A stretch of DNA of 64,000 nt from Oscillatoria princeps RMCB-10 (GCA_019359235.1 JAHHHT010000012.1:67648-131647); one strand, 5' to 3'. Shown: positions 40,601 to 50,675, counted from the first letter of the stretch. The notes: generated from the letters alone by a model not told the origin. Translations and numbers: made by a program.

Positions 40601-42754
40601 ATGAACGATGTCGTTCTGAACCTGACTATTTATCCCTGTGATATTGCCATAATTGGAGGCGGCTTTAGCGGCTGTCTGGTTGCAGCAAATCTTTTGCGGG
40701 ATGCAACCGTGCCGGTGGTGATTAAGTTGATTGAACGGAGTCCGGAAGTAGGCAGAGGAGTGGCTTACGGGACGCAAATATCCTGTCATTTGCTTAACGT
40801 GCCGGCGGGGAAGATGAGTGCGTTTGCGGATGAACCGGCTCACTTCCTGAACTGGTTGCAAAGGAACGGGTATGCTGACAGTACAGCATCCTCTTTCATC
40901 CCGCGTCAGGTTTATGGGGATTATGTGCGGGCACTGTTGAAGGAAGCGGAAACAAATGCTCGGGCTGGTGTGCGGTTGCAGCGGATTGTGGGGGAAGCGG
41001 TTGCGCTGGAAACGACAGCAACCGGCATCAGGGTGTACCTGAAAGACGGTGAGTGTTTGTGCGTTCAAAAGGCTGTGCTAGCGCTGGGAAATTTCCCGGC
41101 ATCTCTGCCCGAACCGCTTGCCGGTCTGGAGAACTTCGACCGCTATCTGAGAGATGGCTGGGAAGCTGATGCGGTTGCCGGTCTGAATCCAGACGATTCT
41201 ATTCTGGTGGTGGGCACCGGCTTGACGATGGTCGATGCGGTTGCTACTTTGCACCAAAAAGGATTTCAGGGGAAAATATATGCCGTCTCGCGTCACGGTT
41301 TGATGCCTGCCGGTCACAAACTAACAAGTCATTATCCAGCATTTATTGAGGCAGATACTGCACCAATAAATGCGCGAGAATTACTTCATTTAGTGCGTCT
41401 AGAAGTGCGAGCGGCGGTGGCGCAGGGGCACGACTGGCGTGCGGTAATCGACGCACTCCGCCCAGTCACGAAACAACTTTGGCAAGCACTTCCATTGCAG
41501 GAACAAAAGCGATTTTTGCGCCACGTCAAGGCTTACTGGGAAGTGTGCCGGCATCGCATTGCTGAAGAAATGGCAAATCTGCTGGATGCGACAGTGCAGT
41601 CGGGTCAACTGAAGCATTATGCCGGTCGGATTCAAAGCTGTCGGGAGTTGGAGAATCGGGTGGCTGTGACGATTCGGGAACGGGGGAAGCAAACGGAGAA
41701 AGTGTTCTTGGTCAGCCGGATTCTGAACTGCACCGGCTCAAACTGTAACTATCGCAAGTTGCAGCACCCCTTGCTCGCCAGCTTGCAAGAACAAAAGCTG
41801 ATCCGCTTCAACGAGCTGTCAATCGGAATCGACACGGCTCCAAACGGTGCTCTAATCGATGCAAACGGAAAGGTATCGGAATTGCTGTACACTTTGGGAA
41901 CACCCCGCAAGGGCAATCTTTGGGAAACTATAGCCGTTCCCGAAATTCGGGTTCAGGCTGCTTCTCTGGCGCAGGAACTGCTAAAATCCCTCAATCCCAA
42001 AGCCGATACTCCTGTTGCGGGGGATTGGTGTGCTGGAAATCTATCGCTCGCGTTACAGAAATCTACTATGCTATTGCGTCAACTGTTCGATAAAGAATCG
42101 AGTACCTACACTTATCTGATTGCCGATTTCTCTACCAAAGCAGCCATCCTAGTCGATTCTGTATTGGAACAAGTGGAACGGGATCTCCAGCTGTTGCGAG
42201 AGTTGGATCTCACCCTGCGCTATTGCCTGGAAACCCACATCCATGCCGACCACATCACCGGCACAGACAAGCTGAGGACACTTACGGGCTGTCTGGCTAT
42301 TTTGCCGGAAAATACTGAGGTGACTTGTGCGGATGGCTATATGGCGGATGGGAAGATTTTGCAACTGGGAAGCTTACAGATCCGCGCCATTGCCACCCCC
42401 GGTCATACTGACAGCCATAATGCTTATCTTATCGATGGCATTTACCTGTTAACCGGAGATGTGCTGCTGATCCGGGGTTGCGGTCGTACTGACTTTCAGA
42501 ATGGCAATGCCGGTTTGCTGTATGATGCTGTAACGCAGAAGTTATTCACGTTACCGGATGACACTTTGGTGTATCCCTGTCACGATTATAAGGGGCAAAC
42601 AGTGTCTACTATTGGGGAAGAAAAGTGCTGGAATTCCCGGTTGGCGGGGCGCAATCGCAGCCAGTTCATCGAGCTAATGAATAATCTCAATCTGCCCTAT
42701 CCCAAAAAGATGCTGGAATCTGTATCCGCCAATCAGCGCTGCGGTCAAATTTAA
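40601..42754 (+). CDS. Fusion protein with an N-terminal FAD/NAD(P)-binding (NAD_binding_9-like) domain and a C-terminal ETHE1-type persulfide dioxygenase (metallo-beta-lactamase fold).
   Basis: The N-terminus has a Rossmann GGGFSG dinucleotide motif. The C-terminus has HIHADH (HxHxDH) and TPGHTDSH metal ligands and the PDO-specific GRTDFQ motif. It is 717 aa. Confidence 0.75.
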   Translation: MNDVVLNLTIYPCDIAIIGGGFSGCLVAANLLRDATVPVVIKLIERSPEVGRGVAYGTQISCHLLNVPAGKMSAFADEPAHFLNWLQRNGYADSTASSFIPRQVYGDYVRALLKEAETNARAGVRLQRIVGEAVALETTATGIRVYLKDGECLCVQKAVLALGNFPASLPEPLAGLENFDRYLRDGWEADAVAGLNPDDSILVVGTGLTMVDAVATLHQKGFQGKIYAVSRHGLMPAGHKLTSHYPAFIEADTAPINARELLHLVRLEVRAAVAQGHDWRAVIDALRPVTKQLWQALPLQEQKRFLRHVKAYWEVCRHRIAEEMANLLDATVQSGQLKHYAGRIQSCRELENRVAVTIRERGKQTEKVFLVSRILNCTGSNCNYRKLQHPLLASLQEQKLIRFNELSIGIDTAPNGALIDANGKVSELLYTLGTPRKGNLWETIAVPEIRVQAASLAQELLKSLNPKADTPVAGDWCAGNLSLALQKSTMLLRQLFDKESSTYTYLIADFSTKAAILVDSVLEQVERDLQLLRELDLTLRYCLETHIHADHITGTDKLRTLTGCLAILPENTEVTCADGYMADGKILQLGSLQIRAIATPGHTDSHNAYLIDGIYLLTGDVLLIRGCGRTDFQNGNAGLLYDAVTQKLFTLPDDTLVYPCHDYKGQTVSTIGEEKCWNSRLAGRNRSQFIELMNNLNLPYPKKMLESVSANQRCGQI

Positions 42755-42769
42755 GCTGAGTAGCTGAGT

Positions 42770-42855
42770 GGGGTGGGTTACGCTGTCGCCAACCCACCCT
42801 ACTTTTCTTTGGGGGGGTGGGTTACGCTGTCGCTAACCCACCCTACTTTTCTTTA
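42770..42855. repeat. Direct duplication of a ~39-bp SDR hairpin between convergent genes.
   Basis: The unit ggtgggttacgctgtcgc(c/t)aacccaccctacttttcttt occurs twice. Confidence 0.85.
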
Positions 42856-45800
42856 GACAAAATCAAGTTGAGGACGTTCAGCTCACTGGAAGTGAGGAGG
42901 TATTTGTCGGTAAAGATTTTTTCCCTCATTTCTTCTAGGCTGTAGCTCCTGAAGATAAGAAAGGGGAATTCCCCGTACTTGCGACCGATGGGCAGGGTGT
43001 TGTATGCTGGGTAAAGGGAGTGGACATACTTGGACATAAGCGTGCGAAATTCGGTGTCTTCTTCCTCTTCTGGATTGGTTTTGAAATAGTCCCGCATCGC
43101 CTCACCGGCAATAAAGGCAAACAGTGGCAAAGCATAATACTGATCGTCTCTCTGGCTGCTCTGCTCAAACCACTGAGTTCGGCTGACTTCGCCGCTGAGC
43201 AATTTCACCAGCTCCATCGCGCCACCCCTGATGGCGGTGCGCAGGTTTTCCGGGTACTCCTGGCGGTGGCTAATCGCCCGCATTTTGGCGATCAGTTCGG
43301 GGGTGGCGTGCTTTCTGATCTGCTGTTCCAGTCGAATTTGGTAAGTTTCTTCCAGGGTTTTCTCACCCACCGGCACCACCAGCAAGCTGCCACTAATGTG
43401 CCCCGCTTCTATGTTACCATAATCTAGCAATTTGTCAAGGCTTCGGCACATCTGGGAAAACTGCCGGTTGAACAGCTCCCGCAAGGAAAGATAGGAAAGC
43501 TTTTCAGAAACCCGGTTTCTTGGAGAAACCGGGTTTCTCGATGTGGCTGGATTGAGCAAGGTGAATTCGGCGCGGCTCAGAATTTCCTGCAAACTGGTAT
43601 AAACCTGCTGGAGCACCAGGTAGCTGGGACGACGGCGGTGTTCGTTCTTCAGTTCTCGGATTAGATTAGTCATCTGACCGGTAAAGGTATCACCGGCTGC
43701 TGACACAGACTTCCCGCCGATAGGAATCATCATAAACTCTTTCCTCCCCAGACGCCAAGCCCCCACAATCCGCGTCATCACGGAAACCTTGAGAATCAGC
43801 AAGATATTTAACAAACTTAAGACGCTCTCCTGGATGGAAAGCTGGCGCTCTTTGGCGTAGTCCTCAAAGGAAGTATCGCGCTCTTTGGGGTAATATAGCG
43901 CTCTATCGTACAAGTAAAAAATCAGCTCCTTGTCTTCGCCGTCGAGAGTCTTGCTTTCCCCATTTTCCCGATATTCCCCACGCGCTCTGTAGATAACCTG
44001 GATGACTTCCATCAGGTTTCTCTCCACCTGGAAGCGGGGAATTTCCGCCAGGATGCGCTTCGCCTTGGGAAAAGACAGCCCCCGACTCGCGGAAGATGTC
44101 ATAAAGACTACCTTGACATGATTCTTGTGCTGGTGTATGTTTTTCTTAGCCTCCTCGGAGAGATTGGCGTGGATTTCCAGGTAGTCCTGATTTTCCGTAA
44201 ACTCTCCCCACTGCTTCCGAAGTTTCTCAATTAGCTCCTGCAATCTCTTTTTGTCCTGGATGTACACCAGCAGCTGACTGGCGTCTGGATTTTCCAAGTA
44301 GGCGCTGATGTCCTCGGCTATCTTTGACTGTACGGCTTTCACCAAGCTGTTCCCTTTGTCTGAAACCGCCTCCTCGCTGTATTTCAAGCACTCGACAAAC
44401 ACCTTATAGGTGATTGACAAACTGCGAGCGGGATAGGAGTTGGCGTTGATGGCGATAGCACCGGCTCTCTTAAACGGAAACCGCGACACAGAAAGAGGCG
44501 CTGCGGTTTGTTTCGCCATCCGGAAATAGATTTTGTCCGGTTCCGGTGAGGCTTCCGAGAGGTGCTGGGTGATAACTTCTGGCTCAACAATAGAGGCGTC
44601 GGCGACAATGACTTTGGTGTTGAAGCCGTGCTGCGCTAGCTGAAAGCGGTGCAAAAATTGGCTGATTCCTTTCAGGAAGTTGACGCCGCTATCGTCGCCG
44701 GTGATTTCGTCTACCATGATAAAGACGTGCTTTATCCTTTGCGAGATTTTGCGCATCTCGGAGCCAATGACTTTCCCCTCGCGCTTATTGTAAGCACGTT
44801 TGAAGATTTTGTCAAGGTGATCTAGGGTGTTGGCTCCATTGGGGGTGATCCGCAAAGACTGGATGGAGACTGTGGCGACAATATTATTGTATTTCCTGCT
44901 GTCGATGAGGGCGTGGATTCCTTCGCAGATGCTAGCTAGTACGCCGGCGGTTCGCTCGCCAATATCTCGAAATGTGTCTTCGGTTTCCCTCTGGAGGCGC
45001 TTCTGGCGCGTGTTCGTAGTAGGGGCTTTAGCCCCTCCCGTAGCGTTGAGGAAGTGGACGGACTTGGCGGTAAAATCATCCTGGCGCTGATTAGAATGAT
45101 ACTCGACTGTGGGTTTTCCGCCGTTTTCTTTGATGATGCTGGCGTTGGTGTTGATGCAAAACAGCCGGCTGTCGGACAGTTTGTCGGTGTCTGGGGATTT
45201 GAATTTCTCGATGATGTCTAGGTTAACTTGTTTGCGGGGACTGACGTAGAAGAACAAAAACCCCTCGTCGATGTGAGCTTGCAGAAAGTTGGCGATGGCT
45301 GTGGTTTTGCCAATTCCGGGATTGCCGGTTAAAAATATATAGGTATCGTCCGAAACCAGCGCCTTTCTGATAAGTTCGGCGTGAGCGTCTCTCAGGTGGG
45401 ATTTGGGACTGATGTCTAGCTGCGCTGCTAACTCAGCCGGTATAATATCTATAGAGTTGAGAAAGCCATCCATCCGCTCGGTGTGAAGGACTTCTGCAAT
45501 TCCGTCCTCTCTGAGGCTGAGAGGTTTTTCTGACAGCGACTCGACGAACTTCTTCCCCTCATTAAAACTCCGAGTGGCATTTTGCTGGATAATCCCTAAA
45601 ACCTGCCGGCGAGCGGTGTTGATTTCCTGTTTATCACGTTGATTTTTGTAAATCTGCGCACAAGTTGCCAGTACGTTTAAGTTTTCCGGGCGCAGGGACA
45701 TGGCGCTGATGCCCCGGTCACTGTACCCAACTGCATTAAACACCACCGGCGCACTTTCTGTCAAGATGCCGGTTTGTCGCAGAAATCCATAGAAGCTGTG

Positions 45801-46580
45801 AGCGTAGGAAGCCGCTTGGATTAACTTTGCGCTTTCTTTGTCCTCGCGCTTAAAGGCGGTGAAGTACCGGTGCAACTCTTCGGAAAACTCCACCCCCAAG
45901 TTGCCGGTGGAGCCGGTGTCTATCCGCAGTTTGGAGAAAAAGCTTTTGGATCGCAAATAGCTAATCTCGCGCAGCAACATGCGCCGCTGATTTTCCAGTT
46001 CTTTGTCTTCCAAGTCTAAGAGGTCTTGCGCGGACTTGACAGAAAATATGGATAAGTCTAGGGAAAGAATCCTGTACTTATCTCTGTTTTTCAAGAGCAT
46101 CAGGGTGTCCGCTTTCAAAAACTCTCCCTTAGTCTTGTGCCGGTGAATCACCGTATCCAGGTTATCTAAAGGGCCAAACTGAGACAGTAACTCGCCATAT
46201 TCTTGCTCCTCAGTCTTGGGATATGTTTTGATGCTATTGGCTTCGCAAAAGCTGCACTGGTAATACATAATTTCGGTATTTGCCAATTGCTTATCGTCCC
46301 AACCGGCAGCTTTGATGTACTCCCAGAAGAAGTTTAACCCAGAGAGGAAGCCTTTCTGGATCATGTACAGGCTCCACTTTTCCACAATCCCGATATTCTC
46401 AGTGCTGATCAGCTCTTCATCCTCAACCATCCGCTTCAGCATTTCGGGGAAGTGCAAGTGCTGCAAATCGTGCCGGTACAGGGTGCCAAAGTTATGCTTT
46501 ATCTGGTGGTGTTCGATGAAGGCGAGGATGCCGGTGTTGAACCCGACCTCAAAGAGCCGGCCTAAATTTTCTGCTATCAT
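42843..46580 (-). CDS. Large P-loop NTPase with an SF1 (Upf1/UvrD-like) helicase-like core. Its function is unknown.
   Basis: The 1245-aa product has Walker A at FLTGNPGIGKTT, Walker B at FIMVDEITGDD, motif V-like at VVFMTSSASRGLSFP and motif VI-like at IQVIYRARG. I could not assign the ~470-aa N-terminal region or the ~400-aa C-terminal region. It contains an in-frame SDR insertion at 43505-43539. Confidence 0.7.
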   Translation of the reverse strand: MIAENLGRLFEVGFNTGILAFIEHHQIKHNFGTLYRHDLQHLHFPEMLKRMVEDEELISTENIGIVEKWSLYMIQKGFLSGLNFFWEYIKAAGWDDKQLANTEIMYYQCSFCEANSIKTYPKTEEQEYGELLSQFGPLDNLDTVIHRHKTKGEFLKADTLMLLKNRDKYRILSLDLSIFSVKSAQDLLDLEDKELENQRRMLLREISYLRSKSFFSKLRIDTGSTGNLGVEFSEELHRYFTAFKREDKESAKLIQAASYAHSFYGFLRQTGILTESAPVVFNAVGYSDRGISAMSLRPENLNVLATCAQIYKNQRDKQEINTARRQVLGIIQQNATRSFNEGKKFVESLSEKPLSLREDGIAEVLHTERMDGFLNSIDIIPAELAAQLDISPKSHLRDAHAELIRKALVSDDTYIFLTGNPGIGKTTAIANFLQAHIDEGFLFFYVSPRKQVNLDIIEKFKSPDTDKLSDSRLFCINTNASIIKENGGKPTVEYHSNQRQDDFTAKSVHFLNATGGAKAPTTNTRQKRLQRETEDTFRDIGERTAGVLASICEGIHALIDSRKYNNIVATVSIQSLRITPNGANTLDHLDKIFKRAYNKREGKVIGSEMRKISQRIKHVFIMVDEITGDDSGVNFLKGISQFLHRFQLAQHGFNTKVIVADASIVEPEVITQHLSEASPEPDKIYFRMAKQTAAPLSVSRFPFKRAGAIAINANSYPARSLSITYKVFVECLKYSEEAVSDKGNSLVKAVQSKIAEDISAYLENPDASQLLVYIQDKKRLQELIEKLRKQWGEFTENQDYLEIHANLSEEAKKNIHQHKNHVKVVFMTSSASRGLSFPKAKRILAEIPRFQVERNLMEVIQVIYRARGEYRENGESKTLDGEDKELIFYLYDRALYYPKERDTSFEDYAKERQLSIQESVLSLLNILLILKVSVMTRIVGAWRLGRKEFMMIPIGGKSVSAAGDTFTGQMTNLIRELKNEHRRRPSYLVLQQVYTSLQEILSRAEFTLLNPATSRNPVSPRNRVSEKLSYLSLRELFNRQFSQMCRSLDKLLDYGNIEAGHISGSLLVVPVGEKTLEETYQIRLEQQIRKHATPELIAKMRAISHRQEYPENLRTAIRGGAMELVKLLSGEVSRTQWFEQSSQRDDQYYALPLFAFIAGEAMRDYFKTNPEEEEDTEFRTLMSKYVHSLYPAYNTLPIGRKYGEFPFLIFRSYSLEEMREKIFTDKYLLTSSELNVLNLILSKEK

Positions 46581-46668
46581 GTTTTCCTGCTTTGCGGCGT
46601 TTATTATTGTACTACAATAGGATGTCGGTGCGACCTACCGCACCGCAACTATTATTGGACAAACTTTT

Positions 46669-47184
46669 TTAGCTGACCGGGGACATTGTGGGGGCGGGAG
46701 CGCAGTATTTTGATGCCGGGATAAAGCTGCGATCGTCTTCAGTATCTACCTGAAGAGAAAACGACACACTTTCTATTTCCCAGTCTACCCAGGCTAGCGG
46801 ATTATTGTAAATACCCTCCAGTTCAAACAAGGTTACGGGTTCATCTACAGGGAAGAAATCTTCAATGACAGTTGGCGGCTGTTTTTTGGGGGGGACGTAG
46901 TTATTAGAACCTGGCGGATCTTCAACATACTCAGCGATCTGCAGCACGGATTTCTTCACGCCGGTGAAAATGCAGAGGCATTTTTGCCAGAAAATCAGCT
47001 CATCCGTTGGATTTAGAGGATGGCCAGGAAGAATTCCGATATTGCGAGTCTCGATTAAAAGCTGCCACTGGTCGAACCTAAAGCCCTCTCCCTGTTTAAA
47101 AGTTATGGTCTTTTGCAAGCTCCAGTCTTCCAAGTCACACTCTGTAAAGTGGAGGTAATCGAAATAATTACTGACAGTATTCAT
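46669..47184 (-). CDS. Hypothetical protein, the middle gene of the cassette.
   Basis: The ORF is ~171-180 aa with no recognised motif. It lies co-directionally between the two large genes with short gaps. Confidence 0.5.
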   Translation of the reverse strand: MNTVSNYFDYLHFTECDLEDWSLQKTITFKQGEGFRFDQWQLLIETRNIGILPGHPLNPTDELIFWQKCLCIFTGVKKSVLQIAEYVEDPPGSNNYVPPKKQPPTVIEDFFPVDEPVTLFELEGIYNNPLAWVDWEIESVSFSLQVDTEDDRSFIPASKYCAPAPTMSPVS

Positions 47185-47381
47185 CCTACCTTCTCCCAAA
47201 TTGTATAGCAATAGACAGCCAGTTGAGGATATTGGGTCGGAAGGAACGCCTGTCCTATGAAGGATAGGCGTAGGGCAGGCGAGACGCCTGCCCCCAAGGT
47301 CTAATGTTCTAACCTAAATGGCTGTTGCTATAGTCCTTCCCCCTTGGGGGGGGTAGGGCTAAAGCCCTACTACGAACCTTT

Positions 47382-50300
47382 TTATCTAGATGCCTCCTCT
47401 ATTAATGCTTTCTTAATCTCGGTCATAAAGGCCAAAGCGTTAAATTCAATCTCCTCTCTCATGTGGTTAAAGATAGACAGCTTCCCAAACGAATCATCCC
47501 CGATGATATTCTCGTAAGGGTCGAGTTTTAAACTGATATTGCTGTTTCTCTCGAACCGCGAAAAGTGAAACAGCGTCAGGTATTGCAGCAAGTCAGCTTT
47601 CAGGGGAGTGTCATCCAGCAATCCCTGACGGATGTCCATGTCATCGAGAATGCCTTCATAGATATTTACCAGTGTAGCGTAAGAAACAACGCCGTTGTAA
47701 AAGCGCTCCTCCTTGTTCCCTACCGTAATCCCATTAAACAGGTTGAAAAACACCACTGCTTGCTGCTGGGGATCGCTGGACAGACTTGTGAGCTGCTCGG
47801 TGTTTGAGACGTACAAGGATCTCACCCCCGGATCTTTTAGCTTGCGGACGTAGTATTTATCAAAAAACACCGGGTATATCTTAATGTCCTCACGCTCTCC
47901 CTTCAACTCCTTGATTAGTCTGGGTGACATAAAATACAGTTCCTCCTCCTCCTGACTCCTGGTGATGTGCAGGGTGCTGGAATAAGGAGCTTGAGCGATA
48001 TACAAAAAGTGCCGGTATCCCTCCCGATAAAGATTGTCCACCGTATTTATAAGCACCGGCGGGTCAGAATAGATACGCGAATTGCGGTCATTGTCAGAAA
48101 AAGTCTTGAGAATCTCCAGCCGAACAGTCCCGTCCTCTTGGCGCGTGACGCTCGCCACTTCTCCGAGCAAATTGGAAATGCGGCTTTTCGGGTTCCTGTT
48201 ACCTGTCCTAGCGTCGCTCTCCACGCTGGATACTATAATAATAGCAAGTTTTTCTAGCGTTGGGAACTCCTCGACAAAGCGAAACTTTTTGGGAAGCACA
48301 GAGTACAGGGAACTCAGACCATTCCTAATGGTGTGTTCATTCAGTTTCTTCACCCGGAACCCTTGGGAACTGCACCGGCATTTCTCATTCAGCAGGTGGG
48401 ACAGTCCTTTAGAAAGGTTTGCCAGAAACTTCTCAAGCGGGAAAGGGTTCTCGTCGTCGCCCTCGTGCAGCCTCACCATCGGGACAAATAAATTGTCCGG
48501 CGCATTTTCCAGCAACAGGTTCAGGCATATAGGTGCTATAACTGCCCAGGTGAACTGGTAAACAAAAGCCTGAGTGGTGTCCAAACGATTCGGGTTATCC
48601 TCGTTTAGACGCCGGTTGTCGTAGGGAAACAGGACTAGCTTATTCTGCTGCAAATTCCTCGTGTAGACACTCCAACAAGCCTCTTGCTTGGGAACCCAAG
48701 CCACCGGCAGGGCACTGATCCCTTTTATATCATACTCCCAGCTGAACTTTTCCCGCTCTTCAGCCGTAAAGTAGCGGATATCTTCTACAGTAATGCTAGC
48801 CGGCAGCTGGCAGAGAGCGTCCTCATCCACATGCGCCCCGCCAATCGAGATATATCTCAGGCATTCCTTGGGATTGCGCCCCAATACCTCCCCAAAGAAA
48901 GCCCCGTTAATCATGCTGTCGATATCCCGGTTCAGGATGCCTTTCCTCACCGCAATCTGGATGGGATAGGTTCGGGTTGGCAAAATCGCCTGTCTGTCCA
49001 GAAAGTTCCTCAGCAATTCCCTCACCCGGCTTATCTTGTCGCGCACATTATACTTATTGAAGCCTCGCACTATATTCCGAAATAGTTTCTTTTTCGCCCC
49101 CTCGTCATTTCCTTGCAGCACCGGCAGGATTCGGGTGTCAAAAGCCGCAACCGGATCGTAATTTAAGTCGTTGCTTGGCGTATAGCCGGCAGCGGATGGG
49201 TCATCGCACGCAAACACGAAAAAGTACAAAAACACCCGCCTCAACACTCTGGCGGCAAAAGTTTCCCGCTGGGAAGAGTCCGCGATTTCCTCCTGATGTT
49301 TCTTGCTTTCTGGACTGATGATATCCAGATTGTAGTCAAAGACTTCATCACCCCCCAGCGCTTGCACCTTGCCGGCCAACTTTAATTTTAGGCCAAAAAC
49401 AAACTGAATCTCTCCCCCGCTCCTGTCCGTATTTTCTCCCAAGTACCCGCCTACAATAGGAATGATGGGAAGGGAGTCCAGAGCTTCGGCGCGGGAAAAC
49501 GCATCTTTATAGTTAACCGTCACCCCAGCATAGCTCACTTCGTAATGCGCATCCGCTCTGTCAGCGCTGATATACTCTTCTATCAGCCTCAGACGCCGGA
49601 GCAAATCTCGCAGATAGATAAGTCCCAGAGAGTCTTGCGTCTCGATGTTCTCGACCAGATACTCCAAATAAGCAATTTTCGCTTCTTTCTTCAGCTTACC
49701 CAGGGTTTCTGTATCAACAATTTCCTGCAGCCGGTAAAAGTCAGAATATTCCTCAATCTCCAGCCGGTCGAGAGCGCTATACAAATCTGACTTGTCCTCT
49801 TCACTTTCCCAAGGCACCTCCCGCTCAATGTAGTTTTCCAATCCCCGCCTGAGACTGTCTTGAAACTGATTTATATTCCGCACCGCAATCGTGAGTTTGT
49901 GGAATTTCAGCAGGGACTCACTTCCGGAACGGTCAAATTCTAGACTGAGTTTCTGTTTCTCCAGGTTATCATACCGCTTGCCAAAGTCATAGGCAAAACC
50001 CAACTGACCTCGGTTCCCCGGAAAAGATTGCAGATCGCGCGTTATTAAACCGGCAACCAGCTCCTGAATAGAGCCGGTTTCTCCCAGTGCGGATTCTAGC
50101 TTCTCCCTCAAACACTCTCTTATCTCCCGCACCTTACCCGGAAAGCCCTCTCGGAAACCTCGGCTAAAGTTGACACTTGCGGAGCGAACCCCAAGGGATG
50201 ACTCCAGGGGATTCTGCACCTGCGCCGAAGTCGCTAGAGAGGCGGCAAATTCATCAATATCAACAAGCAACTTGCGGCGATCTCCCGATATCCTGAACGG

Positions 50301-50393
50301 ATTCAGACTCCGCAAAGCTCTTAAAATATTTTCCAGCAAATCGCTGTAGTTCACGGCGACTAAATCGCCGTCCCCTGGCTGCAAGATGTTCAC
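47382..50393 (-). CDS. Large hypothetical protein, the first gene of the cassette.
   Basis: The 1003-aa ORF has no recognisable catalytic motif by eye. Its composition is coding-like throughout. Confidence 0.65.
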   Translation of the reverse strand: MNILQPGDGDLVAVNYSDLLENILRALRSLNPFRISGDRRKLLVDIDEFAASLATSAQVQNPLESSLGVRSASVNFSRGFREGFPGKVREIRECLREKLESALGETGSIQELVAGLITRDLQSFPGNRGQLGFAYDFGKRYDNLEKQKLSLEFDRSGSESLLKFHKLTIAVRNINQFQDSLRRGLENYIEREVPWESEEDKSDLYSALDRLEIEEYSDFYRLQEIVDTETLGKLKKEAKIAYLEYLVENIETQDSLGLIYLRDLLRRLRLIEEYISADRADAHYEVSYAGVTVNYKDAFSRAEALDSLPIIPIVGGYLGENTDRSGGEIQFVFGLKLKLAGKVQALGGDEVFDYNLDIISPESKKHQEEIADSSQRETFAARVLRRVFLYFFVFACDDPSAAGYTPSNDLNYDPVAAFDTRILPVLQGNDEGAKKKLFRNIVRGFNKYNVRDKISRVRELLRNFLDRQAILPTRTYPIQIAVRKGILNRDIDSMINGAFFGEVLGRNPKECLRYISIGGAHVDEDALCQLPASITVEDIRYFTAEEREKFSWEYDIKGISALPVAWVPKQEACWSVYTRNLQQNKLVLFPYDNRRLNEDNPNRLDTTQAFVYQFTWAVIAPICLNLLLENAPDNLFVPMVRLHEGDDENPFPLEKFLANLSKGLSHLLNEKCRCSSQGFRVKKLNEHTIRNGLSSLYSVLPKKFRFVEEFPTLEKLAIIIVSSVESDARTGNRNPKSRISNLLGEVASVTRQEDGTVRLEILKTFSDNDRNSRIYSDPPVLINTVDNLYREGYRHFLYIAQAPYSSTLHITRSQEEEELYFMSPRLIKELKGEREDIKIYPVFFDKYYVRKLKDPGVRSLYVSNTEQLTSLSSDPQQQAVVFFNLFNGITVGNKEERFYNGVVSYATLVNIYEGILDDMDIRQGLLDDTPLKADLLQYLTLFHFSRFERNSNISLKLDPYENIIGDDSFGKLSIFNHMREEIEFNALAFMTEIKKALIEEASR

Positions 50394-50405
50394 CCCGTTC
50401 CCCCC

Positions 50406-50675
50406 TCAGAACACTTGAATCCACTCTTTCACATCATACTCCGTCCAGATGCCGTTTTGCCAGTACGGATCTGCCTCAACCAGCCGGCGCACCGCCGCTT
50501 CATCTTCCGCCTCGTAGAGGCCAAACACCTTGGTGACATCCTTAGTTGGGCCAACCGTAATCAGAACACCGGCTTCCTTTAGCTTCCTCAGTCCATCCAG
50601 GTGAGCTTGCCGGTAAGGCTCCCGCCTTTCCAGCACATTCTCACAGTAACTTCCCCACATCACATACTTAGCCAT
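50406..50675 (-). CDS. YciI-like protein.
   Basis: The product is ~90 aa and reads MAKYVMWGSYCEN…REPYRQAHLDGLRKLKEAGVLITVGP…EADPYW, which is the Dabb/YciI pattern. The ORF track start at 50756 is probably too far upstream. Confidence 0.55.
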   Translation of the reverse strand: MAKYVMWGSYCENVLERREPYRQAHLDGLRKLKEAGVLITVGPTKDVTKVFGLYEAEDEAAVRRLVEADPYWQNGIWTEYDVKEWIQVF

